Assembly (NCBI GenBank): GCA_963774445.1
Contig: CAVZFC010000035.1
Coordinates: forward strand, 133,470 to 197,469
Reading direction: 5' to 3'
Source of the DNA: an uncultured delta proteobacterium
GTDB lineage: Bacteria; Myxococcota_A; Polyangia; Haliangiales; Haliangiaceae
DNA length: 64,000 nt
In this document: positions 44,342-55,378 of the stretch, piece after piece
Position numbering within the stretch: position 1 is the stretch's first letter
Layout: the number at the start of each line of letters is the position of its first letter
The notes under the pieces: model-generated
What the model was told of the DNA's origin: nothing
The model's database searches: none
Seen by the model: the letters and a program-made list of their open reading frames with translations, nothing else
Position numbers and translations under genes: made by a program

Positions 44342-45577
44342 CTACTCCTCGCGCAGCGCTACGATCGGGTTGACCCGCGCCGCCCGGCGGGCCGGCACGA
44401 AGCCGGCCAGCGCGCCGAACAGGACCAGGAGCACGGTCGCGCCCAGCACCACGCCGAGATCGACCTGCGGGTTCATGAAATATTCGTTCTTGGGCAGGAT
44501 GCGGTCCATCACCTCGAGCACCAGCACGCCGACGACCACCCCGCAGTAGCCGGCCAGGGAGGTGAGGAAAACCGATTCCTGCATCACCAGCGCGATCAGC
44601 GAGCCGGGTGTCGCCCCGACCGCCTTGCGCAGGCCGATCTCTCGCGTCCGTTCCTTGACCGAGATCAGCATGATGTTGCTCACCCCGACGATGCCCGCGA
44701 CGATGGTGCCGATGCCGACGACCCAGATGAAGACGCGGATCATGGAGAAGATCTGCTCGACCTCGGCCGGGCCCTCGAACTGATTGCGCAGGCGGATGGC
44801 GCGTTTGTCGGTGGGGTCGTACTTGTGCCGCTGGGCCAGCAGCGCGCGCACCTGCTCCTCGATCCGCTTGGAGCCGGCCAGGTCGGTGTTGGCCAGCGTG
44901 AACATGATCGTGTGCACGGTGTCGCCGCCGCCGTAGGCCTGCTGGGCGGTGGAGATCGGGATGTACATCTTGCGCATCTCGTTCTCGCCGCCCTCGTCCT
45001 CGAACACGCCGATCACCAGGTACGAGATCCCGCCGATCGTCAGGTACTTGCCGACCGGGTCGTCACCGCGGAACAGGAAGTCGCTGACTTTCTGGCCGAT
45101 CACCGTCACCTTGCGCCGCTCGGCCTGGTCGTTGTCGTCCAGGAAGCGGCCCTTCACGACGATGGTGTTCTCGAGGTAGCGGTGGTCCGGGTGCGTGGCG
45201 CGGATGTCGAAGCTCGAGGTGCGGTCGCCGTAGCGGACCACGTAGGCGTCGCCGCGCAGGTAGTAGCGCGACGTGATGTGCTCGATCTCGGGGATCGAGC
45301 GCTTGATCGCCTCGTAGTCGGCGTTGGTGAAGCGGATGTTGCGGCCGATCGGCAGCCCGGCGTACGGCTTGGTGGTCTTGCCCGACCAGATCCAGATCGA
45401 GTTGACCGCGTCGTCGCGGAACTTGTACTTGACCGCATTCTCCAGCCCGGTGCCCGCGCCCAAGAGGATCACCAGCATGAAGATGCCCCAGGAGACGCTG
45501 AGGCTGGTGAGGAAGGTGCGCAGCTTGTTCCGGCGCAGGACGCCGAAAATCTCCTGCCATCGGTCGATGCCGATCAC
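44342..45577 (-). CDS. ABC transporter permease (FtsX/MacB-like), second copy.
   Basis: Same architecture as the adjacent permease (..KERTREIGLRKAVGATPG..). The two permeases are paralogous. Confidence 0.85.
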   Translation of the reverse strand: MIGIDRWQEIFGVLRRNKLRTFLTSLSVSWGIFMLVILLGAGTGLENAVKYKFRDDAVNSIWIWSGKTTKPYAGLPIGRNIRFTNADYEAIKRSIPEIEHITSRYYLRGDAYVVRYGDRTSSFDIRATHPDHRYLENTIVVKGRFLDDNDQAERRKVTVIGQKVSDFLFRGDDPVGKYLTIGGISYLVIGVFEDEGGENEMRKMYIPISTAQQAYGGGDTVHTIMFTLANTDLAGSKRIEEQVRALLAQRHKYDPTDKRAIRLRNQFEGPAEVEQIFSMIRVFIWVVGIGTIVAGIVGVSNIMLISVKERTREIGLRKAVGATPGSLIALVMQESVFLTSLAGYCGVVVGVLVLEVMDRILPKNEYFMNPQVDLGVVLGATVLLVLFGALAGFVPARRAARVNPIVALREE

Positions 45578-46254
45578 GCAGCCTCGCGTTCCTCGCCCTC
45601 GACACGTCCGTCACGCAGGCGGATCACGCGGTCGGTCATCTCGGCGATGTCGTGCTCGTGGGTCACGACCACCACGGTGATCCCGCGCGAGTGGATGTCC
45701 TTGAGGATCTCCATGATCGCGCAGGAGGTCTCCGAGTCGAGGGCGCCGGTGGGTTCGTCGGCCAGCACGATCTTGGGCTGCGCGATCAGCGCGCGCGCGA
45801 TGGCCACCCGCTGCTTCTGGCCGCCGGACATCTCGGCCGGCACGTGCTCGGCCCACTCCAAGAGGCCCACCCGTTCGAGGTATTCGGCGGCGATCTTGTT
45901 GCGCTTGCGCCGCGGCACCTTCTGGTAATAGAGCGGCAGCGCCACGTTCTCGAGCGCGCTCTTGAACGGCAGCAGGTTGAACGACTGGAAGACGAAGCCG
46001 ATCATCCGGTTGCGGTAGTAGGCCGCCCGGCGCTCGGACAGCGACTTCACCAGCACGCCGTCCAGGTGGTAGCTGCCGCGGTCGTAGTCGTCGAGGATGC
46101 CCAGGATGTTGAGCAGCGTCGACTTGCCCGATCCGGACGAGCCCATGATCGACACCAGCTCGCCCTCGTTGATCTCCAGGTTGAGATCCTTGAGCACGTG
46201 CAGCGGGTGCGCACCCACCTTGTAGAACTTGTTTACTTTTTCCAGGCGAATCAT
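45574..46254 (-). CDS. ABC transporter ATP-binding protein (MacB/LolD-like).
   Basis: Walker A GSSGSGKST, signature LSGGQKQRVAIARAL, Walker B IVLADEPTGALD. Confidence 0.9.
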   Translation of the reverse strand: MIRLEKVNKFYKVGAHPLHVLKDLNLEINEGELVSIMGSSGSGKSTLLNILGILDDYDRGSYHLDGVLVKSLSERRAAYYRNRMIGFVFQSFNLLPFKSALENVALPLYYQKVPRRKRNKIAAEYLERVGLLEWAEHVPAEMSGGQKQRVAIARALIAQPKIVLADEPTGALDSETSCAIMEILKDIHSRGITVVVVTHEHDIAEMTDRVIRLRDGRVEGEEREAA

Positions 46255-46276
46255 GGGGGGGAGCCTGCGGCGGTCA

Positions 46277-46296
46277 CGTAGCGCGGGTCAGCTACG
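46277..46296. promoter_or_regulatory. Palindrome CGTAGC-N8-GCTACG in the 66-bp divergent region between the ABC operon and eda.
   Basis: cgtagcgcgggtcagctacg. Candidate operator. Confidence 0.25.
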
Positions 46297-46320
46297 GGTT
46301 TAGCAGGTACCATAACTCAC

Positions 46321-46980
46321 GTGACACCAGAGGAATTCCTGGGTTTCTTGTGGGAGGAGCGGGTGGTCGCGATCATCCGCGCATCGACCGAAGAACAGGC
46401 GCGGTCGGCCGCGGATGCGGCGATTCGCGGTGGTTTTCGCGCCGTCGAGTTCACGATGACAACTCCTGGCGTGCTCGATCTGGTCGCGGAAACCGCCGAT
46501 CGTCCCGGAATCGTGGTGGGCGCGGGCACCGTGTTGACCCCGGGCGATGCCCGCGAGGCCGTCGGCGCCGGGGCGAGGTTCCTGGTTTCTCCGGTCATGG
46601 ACGAGCAGGTGATCACCCTCGCCGACGAGCTCGGCGTGGCCGCCGTGCCGGGTTGTCACACGCCAACCGAGATGTGGCGGGCGCACCGCGCCGGCGCGCC
46701 GCTGGTGAAACTGTTTCCTGCTGCAGCGAACGGGCCCGACGCGGTGCGTTCCATCCTCGGTCCCATGCCATTTCTGCGGATCGTGCCGACCAATGGGGTG
46801 GGCGAGCACAACGTCGTCAACTATCTGGCCGCGGGCGCCTTCGCGGCCGGGTTCGTGCGCGCGCTGTTCGACCCGTCCGATCTCGCGCACGGCCGCTGGG
46901 ATGCCATCGCCACGCGCGCGCGCCGCGTGCGCGAGCTGGCGCACGGCGTGGTCCGCGGCCAGGCGCCGCTCCTGGCGTAG
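46321..46980 (+). CDS. eda: KDPG / 4-hydroxy-2-oxoglutarate aldolase.
   Basis: VVAIIRAS...AVEFTMTTPG...VGAGTVLTPGDAREAVGAGARFLVSP...KLFPA matches the Eda family. GTG start. Confidence 0.85.
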   Translation: MTPEEFLGFLWEERVVAIIRASTEEQARSAADAAIRGGFRAVEFTMTTPGVLDLVAETADRPGIVVGAGTVLTPGDAREAVGAGARFLVSPVMDEQVITLADELGVAAVPGCHTPTEMWRAHRAGAPLVKLFPAAANGPDAVRSILGPMPFLRIVPTNGVGEHNVVNYLAAGAFAAGFVRALFDPSDLAHGRWDAIATRARRVRELAHGVVRGQAPLLA

Positions 46981-47058
46981 CTACCCGGAATCGCGGAAAA
47001 TCTTTGCCCAGACCGCGGGCTTACACCGCCGCGGTCGGTGTGGTTCAATAGCGCCGCG

Positions 47059-47301
47059 ATGGGGTTCAAGAGACGAGCGCGTCCGCGGTTCACCGGGACG
47101 CTGCAGATCGCGATCATGGAGGTCCTGGACGGCTCGGACGGCTCGAGCAAGGTCCAGCTCCTCTCGGCGCTGCGCGGCCGGCCCGGCGTGCCGGTCAGCG
47201 ACCGCACACTGAGCGACGGGCTCGCACGACTGATCGCCGACGGCTGGGTGCAGCAGGTGGGCCAGCGGGCATCGGCGCGGTTTCGCGCCGCCCCCCGGTG
47301 A
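47059..47301 (+). CDS. Small winged-helix (PadR/HxlR-like) DNA-binding protein.
   Basis: MGFKRRARPRFTGTLQIAIMEVLDG...VSDRTLSDGLARLIADGWVQ. Weak call. Confidence 0.35.
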   Translation: MGFKRRARPRFTGTLQIAIMEVLDGSDGSSKVQLLSALRGRPGVPVSDRTLSDGLARLIADGWVQQVGQRASARFRAAPR

Positions 47302-47313
47302 GCGAGGGCCTCG

Positions 47314-48912
<1,599 letters not shown>

Positions 48913-48916
48913 GTCG

Positions 48917-51670
48917 ATGGTGAGGGGCGCGGCAAGCGACGGGCGGCCACGGCGCGACCAGCTGGTGGGCCGTGAGCGCGAGCTCTCGCGACTGGGCGAG
49001 CTGATGCTGGAGAAGCCCGTGCTGACCCTGGCCGGCGCCCCCGGCATCGGCAAGACCACGCTGGCGCGCGCGGCGATGCGCGAGCTGGGCGAGTGGTTTC
49101 CCGGCGGCGTGTGGTTCGCCGACCTGTCCGAAGCCGCCAGTGAGGGCGACGTCGGGCGCGCGCTGGCGCGGGCGCTCGAGGTACGGACCAGCGGCGGCGA
49201 TGTCACCGCCTGGCTGGGCGGTGTGCTGGCCGGCATGGGCCCGGCTCTGGTGGTGCTCGACAACTTCGAGCAAGTGGTCCAGCACGCGAGCGCGACGCTC
49301 GGCCGCTGGCTGGCGGCGGCGCCCGAGGCCGGCTTCCTGGTCACCTCGCGCCAGCGGTTGGGGCTGGCCGACGAGCAGGTGTTCGAGGTTCCGCCGCTGT
49401 CGGTACCTGGCCGCGACGTCGCCTTTGCCGAGGCCGAGGCGGTGCGGCTGTTCGCCCTGCGTGCGCGCATCGCCCGCGACGACTACCAGATCGGCGAGGC
49501 AGAGATCCCGGCGGTGACCGATCTGGTGCGCCAGCTCGACGGCAACCCGCTGGCGATCGAGCTGGCGGCGGCGCGCATGGGCGTGCTCACCTCGCAGCAG
49601 CTGATCGGTTACCTGCCCGAGCGCTTCAAGTTGCTCTCGCGCGGCGGCGACGACCGGCACGCCACCATTCGCGGCGCCATCGACTGGTCGTGGCAGATGT
49701 TGGGTGCGCGCGAGCAGCGGGCGCTGGCGCAGCTGGCGGTCTTCCGCGGCGGCTTCTCGGCCGCCGCAGCCGAGGCGGTGCTGGAGCTCGGCGACGATGC
49801 GCCGTGGTTGATCGACGTCTTGCAGGGGCTGCGCGACAAGTCGCTGCTGCGCACCTCCGAGCTGCACGGGGTGCCGGACGAGCTGCGCTTCAATATGTAC
49901 ATCAGTGTGCGCGAGTACGCCTGGGCGCGGGCCGAGGATCTCGACCTGGCCGAGGGCGCCGCCGAGCGCCACGCCGGCTACTTCGCCACCGAGTCGGCCG
50001 GCTGGTCGCGCCACTTCGAGGAGACCAGCGAGATCCGATCTGGACAGCGGTTGGCGCTGGAGCTGGAGAACCTGCTCGCGGCGCACGCCTGGTCGGTCGC
50101 TCATGCCGCCGATCCCCGGCACGCCGAGCGCGCCATGGTGCTGGCCCTGGCCGCCGACCCGCTGCTCGCCCGCGACGGGCCCTTCGGCCTGCGCTTCGAG
50201 CTGATCGATGCCGCGCTGACGGCCGCCGATCGGCTGCCCGAGGAGCGGAGGTCGGTCGACGCGCGCCTGCTGATTCGCGCCCTCGAGTCGCGCGGCGAGG
50301 GGTTTCGCTCGACCGGCCGCATGGACGAGGCCTGCCGCGATCTCGAGCGCGCGCGCAGTCTGGCCGAGTCGGTCGGCGATGACAGCGGCGCCGCGCGCAG
50401 TCGCTACCGGCTGGGGCTGGTGCGGATGGTCCAGGGCGAATCCGACGCCGCCCGCGGGCTGTTCGAGGAGGCCCTGGCGCGGGCGCGCACCTGCGGCGAC
50501 CGGCTTACCGAGGGCCGGGTGCTGGGCTGGTTGGGGCACCTGGAGATGATGCTCAACCGCTTCGACGAGGCCGGGGCGCTGCTCGACGAGGCGGTGGTGG
50601 CGCTGCGCGAGGTCGGCGACCGCCGGTTCGAAGCGATCAACAGCGTCACCCGCGCCGTCATCCTCCACGACTCCGGGCAGCTGGACGAGGCGGCGGCGCT
50701 GTACGACGCCGCCCGCGCGATCCACATGGAGATCAAGGACACCCGCTACGCCTCCACCTCGCTGGCCAACCTGGGCTTGATCGCCCAGGAGCAGGGCAAC
50801 TACCGCCGCGCCATCGACTGCTTCCAGGAGGGGATCGGGCTGGCCAGCGCCACCGGCGACGGGCGCGTGCACGGGGTCATTCTCGGCTACTACGCGCGGA
50901 TGCAGCAGTGGCAGGGCGGCAGCGCCGCGCTGCGGGCCGGGATGCGCCGGGCGATCGAGATGCTCGAGCGCGGCGGCGAGGAGCTGACCGTCGCGCTGTT
51001 CCGCGGCTACCTGGGCAGTATCGAGGCCGATGTGGGCGAGGTCACGGCCAGCGAGGAGAACCTGCGCGCCGCCGCCGCCGCCCTCGACGGCGTGCATCCG
51101 CGCTACCTGGCTGCGGTCGAGCTGTGCGCCCTGCATCTGGAGCTCCACCGGGCCGAGCAGGCGGCGCGGCGCGGCGACGCTGCGCAGGCGCGCGCCATCG
51201 CCGAGGAGATTCGCCGGCGGATGGCCGCGATCGTCGCGGTTCCGGGTACAGCAGATCGGTCCGCTGACGCCCGCCTGAGCGCCGCGCTGGTCGAGCGCAG
51301 GCTGCGCGAGCTGGACAAGATCGGCGCCGGGCGGCCCGATCAGCCCCAGACCGAGGTGCCGCTGGAAGTTTGCGCACAGGGGCGCTGGTTTCGCGTGCCC
51401 GGCAACGACTACGTCAGCTTGCAGCGGCGACGGGCGCTCAGACTGATGCTCCAGCGCCTCAGTCGCGCTTACGTCGAACAACAAGATGCGCCGCTTTCGG
51501 TGGAGGAGCTGCAAGCCGCAGGCTGGCCAGGCGAACGAATGCGGCCGGAAGCGGGCGCTCGGCGGGTCTACACGGCGCTGTGGGAGCTGCGCAAGATGGG
51601 ACTTCGCGACTTCCTCGTTCGCACCGACGAGGGCTACTATCTGAAGGGTCGTGTGGAAATCAGCTCCTAG
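48917..51670 (+). CDS. STAND-type P-loop NTPase with TPR repeats and a C-terminal winged-helix-like domain. This resembles an inverted SARP/MalT-like architecture.
   Basis: Walker A LTLAGAPGIGKTTLA, hhhhD VLDNFE, many TPR-like repeats, and a C-terminal SVEELQAAGWPGERMRPEAGARRVYTALWELRKMGLRDFLVRTDEGYYL that looks like an OmpR-type winged helix. Confidence 0.65.
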   Translation: MVRGAASDGRPRRDQLVGRERELSRLGELMLEKPVLTLAGAPGIGKTTLARAAMRELGEWFPGGVWFADLSEAASEGDVGRALARALEVRTSGGDVTAWLGGVLAGMGPALVVLDNFEQVVQHASATLGRWLAAAPEAGFLVTSRQRLGLADEQVFEVPPLSVPGRDVAFAEAEAVRLFALRARIARDDYQIGEAEIPAVTDLVRQLDGNPLAIELAAARMGVLTSQQLIGYLPERFKLLSRGGDDRHATIRGAIDWSWQMLGAREQRALAQLAVFRGGFSAAAAEAVLELGDDAPWLIDVLQGLRDKSLLRTSELHGVPDELRFNMYISVREYAWARAEDLDLAEGAAERHAGYFATESAGWSRHFEETSEIRSGQRLALELENLLAAHAWSVAHAADPRHAERAMVLALAADPLLARDGPFGLRFELIDAALTAADRLPEERRSVDARLLIRALESRGEGFRSTGRMDEACRDLERARSLAESVGDDSGAARSRYRLGLVRMVQGESDAARGLFEEALARARTCGDRLTEGRVLGWLGHLEMMLNRFDEAGALLDEAVVALREVGDRRFEAINSVTRAVILHDSGQLDEAAALYDAARAIHMEIKDTRYASTSLANLGLIAQEQGNYRRAIDCFQEGIGLASATGDGRVHGVILGYYARMQQWQGGSAALRAGMRRAIEMLERGGEELTVALFRGYLGSIEADVGEVTASEENLRAAAAALDGVHPRYLAAVELCALHLELHRAEQAARRGDAAQARAIAEEIRRRMAAIVAVPGTADRSADARLSAALVERRLRELDKIGAGRPDQPQTEVPLEVCAQGRWFRVPGNDYVSLQRRRALRLMLQRLSRAYVEQQDAPLSVEELQAAGWPGERMRPEAGARRVYTALWELRKMGLRDFLVRTDEGYYLKGRVEISS

Positions 51671-52988
51671 TCGTTTCCTTTTCCTCGCTGTCGCCCTGGC
51701 CCTGCCGCGGGTGGCTGGCGCCAACGGTCGCTTTCCCCAGAGCATCTCGGTCGAGATTCAACCAGGAGACGACTCGGTCGTCATGCTGGGGATGACGTTC
51801 GGCCTGGGCATCTCCACCGACGGTGGCCAGCACTTCTCGTGGGTCTGCGAGGACTCGCTCGGTTACACCGGCACGTTCGATCCGGCGTACGCCGTCGGCA
51901 CGGACGGCACCTTCTACGCCAGCTCGTTCGACGGTCTGCGCACCTCGAAGGACGGCGGTTGCACCTTCCCGATCCACCCGGACCTCACCGGGCCGGTGGT
52001 CGCCGACGTCGACGTCGGCCCCGACGGTCGCGTCTTCGCCGCCGGCTCGTGGGACCAGGACGATGGCGTCTGGCGCAGCGCCGACAACGGCGTGTCGTTC
52101 ACCAAGACGTCGCTGACCTCCGGGCAGTACTCGTGGTGGACGACGGTGGCCATCGCGCCGTCCGACGCCGATCGCGTCTACGCCGCCGGCTACGTGATCG
52201 GCCTGGGCAACCCCGACGCAGGGGCCGAGTCCCGCGCGCTGCTCTACCGCTCGGACGACGGCGGCGACTCGTGGTCGCCAGTCAACCTGGACACCGTGAC
52301 CTTCGCGTCGGACCCGAGCGTCGAGGTCCGCGCGGTCTGGCCCGACGATCCCAACACCTTCTTCATCACCGTCATCCGCACCGGCGGCGTCGGCGAGGCG
52401 CTCTACCGGACCGACAATGGCGGCACCAGCTTCAGCAAGGTGCTCGACGTCGACAACCGCATCGGCACGGTGCTGATCACCAAGGACGGCTCGAAGGTGA
52501 TCGTCGGTGGGCAATCCGGCGTCTACATCTCCACTGACGCCGGTCTGACCTTCCCCACCCACCAGGCCACGCCGTATCTGGCCTGCGCGGTCGAGCGTTC
52601 CGACGGAACGCTGCTCGGTGGCGGCGCCAACTGGGATCCCGACTTCATGGCGCTGGGCACCTCGACCGACGCCACCAACTGGACCTCCATCTTCCGCTTC
52701 GACGGCATCACCGGGCCGCTGTCGTGCCCCGCGGGGACCGTCCAGCACGACACCTGCGAAGACAAGTTCTTCACCACCGTCTGCCCGATCGCGCCGACCA
52801 TCGCGCTCTGCCCGCAGGTGGACGCCGGCGTTCCCGACGCCGGTCCCGGCCCCGACGGCGGTGGCGGCGGCGGCGGCGGCAAAGGCTGCTGCCAGAGCGA
52901 CGCGGGCGCCGGCGGCAGCTCGCTGGCGCTGGCGCTGCTGGTCCTGGCCGTGCTCAGGCGGCGCCGGTCAGCGCCGGAATCGCGGTGA
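51651..52988 (+). CDS. Secreted BNR/Asp-box repeat protein with a MYXO-CTERM sorting signal.
   Basis: Signal peptide (GTG)WKSAPSRFLFLAVALALPRVAGA. Asp boxes STDGGQHF, SKDGGCTF, SADNGVSF, SDDGGDSW, TDNGGTSF, STDAGLTF. C-terminus GGGGGGKGCCQSD...LALALLVLAVLRRRR. It overlaps the upstream gene by 20 nt. Confidence 0.75.
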   Translation: MWKSAPSRFLFLAVALALPRVAGANGRFPQSISVEIQPGDDSVVMLGMTFGLGISTDGGQHFSWVCEDSLGYTGTFDPAYAVGTDGTFYASSFDGLRTSKDGGCTFPIHPDLTGPVVADVDVGPDGRVFAAGSWDQDDGVWRSADNGVSFTKTSLTSGQYSWWTTVAIAPSDADRVYAAGYVIGLGNPDAGAESRALLYRSDDGGDSWSPVNLDTVTFASDPSVEVRAVWPDDPNTFFITVIRTGGVGEALYRTDNGGTSFSKVLDVDNRIGTVLITKDGSKVIVGGQSGVYISTDAGLTFPTHQATPYLACAVERSDGTLLGGGANWDPDFMALGTSTDATNWTSIFRFDGITGPLSCPAGTVQHDTCEDKFFTTVCPIAPTIALCPQVDAGVPDAGPGPDGGGGGGGGKGCCQSDAGAGGSSLALALLVLAVLRRRRSAPESR

Positions 52989-53790
52989 GGTCGGTCACCA
53001 GGTGGCCGCGCGGGTGCTGGTCGACGAAGTCGACCTCGTAGCTCGGGGTGAACTCGCCGACCACCAGCCCGACGTTGGCACCCATCGCCAGCGGCATGGC
53101 CAGGTCGAGCTCGAAGATGTCGCCCAGCACCCAGAGGTCGTCCCAGCCCTGGCCGGCCTCGGCGAGCAACGCCTCGATCACTTCGTAGTAGTGGCGCCGG
53201 CGAAGCAGCACGGGCCGTGACAGCCCGGGCAGGGTGAGCTCCTTCGGGATGGCGTCGAAGGCGTCGTTGACGATGTACTTGCGCGCGCGGCCGCGCACCC
53301 GCGGCAGCCACCAGTCGAGCATGCCGCGCTCGGACTCGAGGGTGCGAATCTTGGCCTGCACCGGCTCGGTGTGCGAGTTGGTGACCACCCAGCTGGGGGT
53401 GCCGACCAGGTCCGAGAGCAGCTGAAAGGCGCCGTCGCGGAAGGCCACCAGGGTCTTTTGATAGTTGTACTTGTAGAGGATGCCGTCGAGCAGTCGCGAG
53501 CGGTCGGCGTCGTCGGCAAAGACGCCGAACCGATCGAAGATGGCCCGCGCGACCGGCATCATCCGCAAGTACGGGTTGACCGTGGCCGGCGCGACGATGT
53601 GTCCGCCGTAGACCCACCCGTGGTTGTCGGGGTCGTCGTGGATGGCGCGCTCGGCCGTGGCGGCCAGCTCGAGGACCGTCTCCAGGGGCTGGCCGCAGAG
53701 GGTCGCCAGATCCTCGAGATAGCCCTCGCGGAACGGCGCGCCTTCGCGCTCGGCATCGGTCACGGTGCCGTCGAAGTCGAGGATCAGCAT
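52954..53790 (-). CDS. HAD-superfamily hydrolase.
   Basis: Motif I MLILDFDGTVTD. VVTNS. C-terminal Asp motif. Confidence 0.75.
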   Translation of the reverse strand: MLILDFDGTVTDAEREGAPFREGYLEDLATLCGQPLETVLELAATAERAIHDDPDNHGWVYGGHIVAPATVNPYLRMMPVARAIFDRFGVFADDADRSRLLDGILYKYNYQKTLVAFRDGAFQLLSDLVGTPSWVVTNSHTEPVQAKIRTLESERGMLDWWLPRVRGRARKYIVNDAFDAIPKELTLPGLSRPVLLRRRHYYEVIEALLAEAGQGWDDLWVLGDIFELDLAMPLAMGANVGLVVGEFTPSYEVDFVDQHPRGHLVTDLTAIPALTGAA

Positions 53791-53840
53791 GGGATCTACC
53801 CATTGTAACGGGTTCGGGCCGATCTTGATATCCTGCGGGC

Positions 53841-55376
53841 ATGCGTGGCGTCTCTGCGGGGCCCCTGATCCTGGTGCTGTTGGGCGCCTGCGGTGGTAGC
53901 AACGGCGGGGGCGGCGCGGATGCGGCGGTCCCTCCGCCGCCGAGCCTGGTCTGCGACGACCCGGCGCCGCCGGTCGATGTTTCCAGCCCGGACGCGGTCG
54001 TCGGCGACGGCACGCCGCAGAGCTGCACCGAGGAGGCGTTGACCGCGGCCGTCGCCGGTGGCGGGGTGATCGTCTTCGACTGCGGCGGCGCGCAGACCAT
54101 CACCGTGACCAGCGAGCTGCAGGTCGGCAGCGACACGGTGATCGACGGCGGCGGCTCGATCACCCTGGACGGCGGCGGCAAGAGCCGCATCCTGTCGGTG
54201 CCGTCGAGCTTCGAAAAAGACACGCCGCGGCTGACGGTGCAGCGGCTCACCTTCACCGGCGGCAAGTCGCCGGCCACCGGCGACGACACCGATCAGGGCG
54301 GCGGCGCGATCCACCTGCGCGGCGGATCGCTCACGGTGATCGACTCGGTCTTCCTCGACAACCAGGCGCCGGCGAGCGGGCAAGACGTCGCCGGTGGCGC
54401 CATCTACACCGTCGGCGGCGGCACCACGACCATCTCCGGCAGCCGTTTCTCCGGCAACCACGCCTCAAACGGCGGCGCTGTCGGCATCCTGCACACGCAG
54501 CTCACGGTGGTCAACACGGTGCTGACCGGCAACCAGGCCACCGGCAGCGGCGGCAACCCGGGCAACGGCGGCAACGGGGGCGCCATCTACATCGACGGCG
54601 TCGATCAGGATATTGCGCTGTGCGGGGTGGAGATCACCGACAACCAGGGCAACGCCTTCGGCGGTGGACTGTTCCGCGTGTCGAATAACGGCGTCGGCAC
54701 CCATCTCATCGACCGCTCGCTGATCCGCGGCAACAAGATTCCCGATCAGAGTCCGAGCAAGGCCGGCGGCCTCTACCTGCAGGGCGCGGCGATCGAGATT
54801 CGCGACTCGACCATCGCCGACAACCAGGCGCGCAGCGACGGCGGCCTGTTTGCCGGACCGAATTCGACCCTGGCGATGACCAACACCACGGTCGCCGGCA
54901 ACACCGCGCTGTCGAGCCTGGCCGGTGGCATGTCGATCGCCGACGGTGTCACCGGGACGATCCTCAACTGCACCTTCGCCGGCAACCGCGCCCCCGGCGA
55001 CGTCGCCTTTGCCGCCGCCACGGTGGGCGGGCAGGCGGTGACTCTGAAGAACACCGTCTTCGCCGGCCAGGAGGTCGGCAACGGCTACAACCCGATCACC
55101 TGCCGCGACCCGATGATCGACGGCGGCGGCAACCTGCAGTTCCCGGTCGCGCGATCCGGTGGCGGCTCCGACGATCCGGACGCGCTGTGCGCGTCGGGCG
55201 CGATGGTCGCCGACGCCCAGCTCGGCGCCCTCGCCGACAACGGCGGCCCGACCCCGACCGCGATGCCCGCCGCCGGCAGCCCCGCCATCGGCCTGGGCAG
55301 CGGCTGCCCGGCCGCCGATCAGCGCGGCGAGCCCCGCGCCGACCCGTGCACCAGCGGCGCCGTCGAAGCGCCGTAG
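53841..55376 (+). CDS. Lipoprotein with a right-handed parallel beta-helix (pectate-lyase fold) and a C-terminal choice-of-anchor/Pmp-like domain.
   Basis: Lipobox LILVLLGACGG. Repeated ..GGAI...S..T..V.F.N...GG.. beta-helix turns. C-terminal block ADAQLGALADNGGPTPTAMPAAGSPAIGLG..CPAADQRGEPR. Confidence 0.65.
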   Translation: MRGVSAGPLILVLLGACGGSNGGGGADAAVPPPPSLVCDDPAPPVDVSSPDAVVGDGTPQSCTEEALTAAVAGGGVIVFDCGGAQTITVTSELQVGSDTVIDGGGSITLDGGGKSRILSVPSSFEKDTPRLTVQRLTFTGGKSPATGDDTDQGGGAIHLRGGSLTVIDSVFLDNQAPASGQDVAGGAIYTVGGGTTTISGSRFSGNHASNGGAVGILHTQLTVVNTVLTGNQATGSGGNPGNGGNGGAIYIDGVDQDIALCGVEITDNQGNAFGGGLFRVSNNGVGTHLIDRSLIRGNKIPDQSPSKAGGLYLQGAAIEIRDSTIADNQARSDGGLFAGPNSTLAMTNTTVAGNTALSSLAGGMSIADGVTGTILNCTFAGNRAPGDVAFAAATVGGQAVTLKNTVFAGQEVGNGYNPITCRDPMIDGGGNLQFPVARSGGGSDDPDALCASGAMVADAQLGALADNGGPTPTAMPAAGSPAIGLGSGCPAADQRGEPRADPCTSGAVEAP

Positions 55377-55378
55377 GT

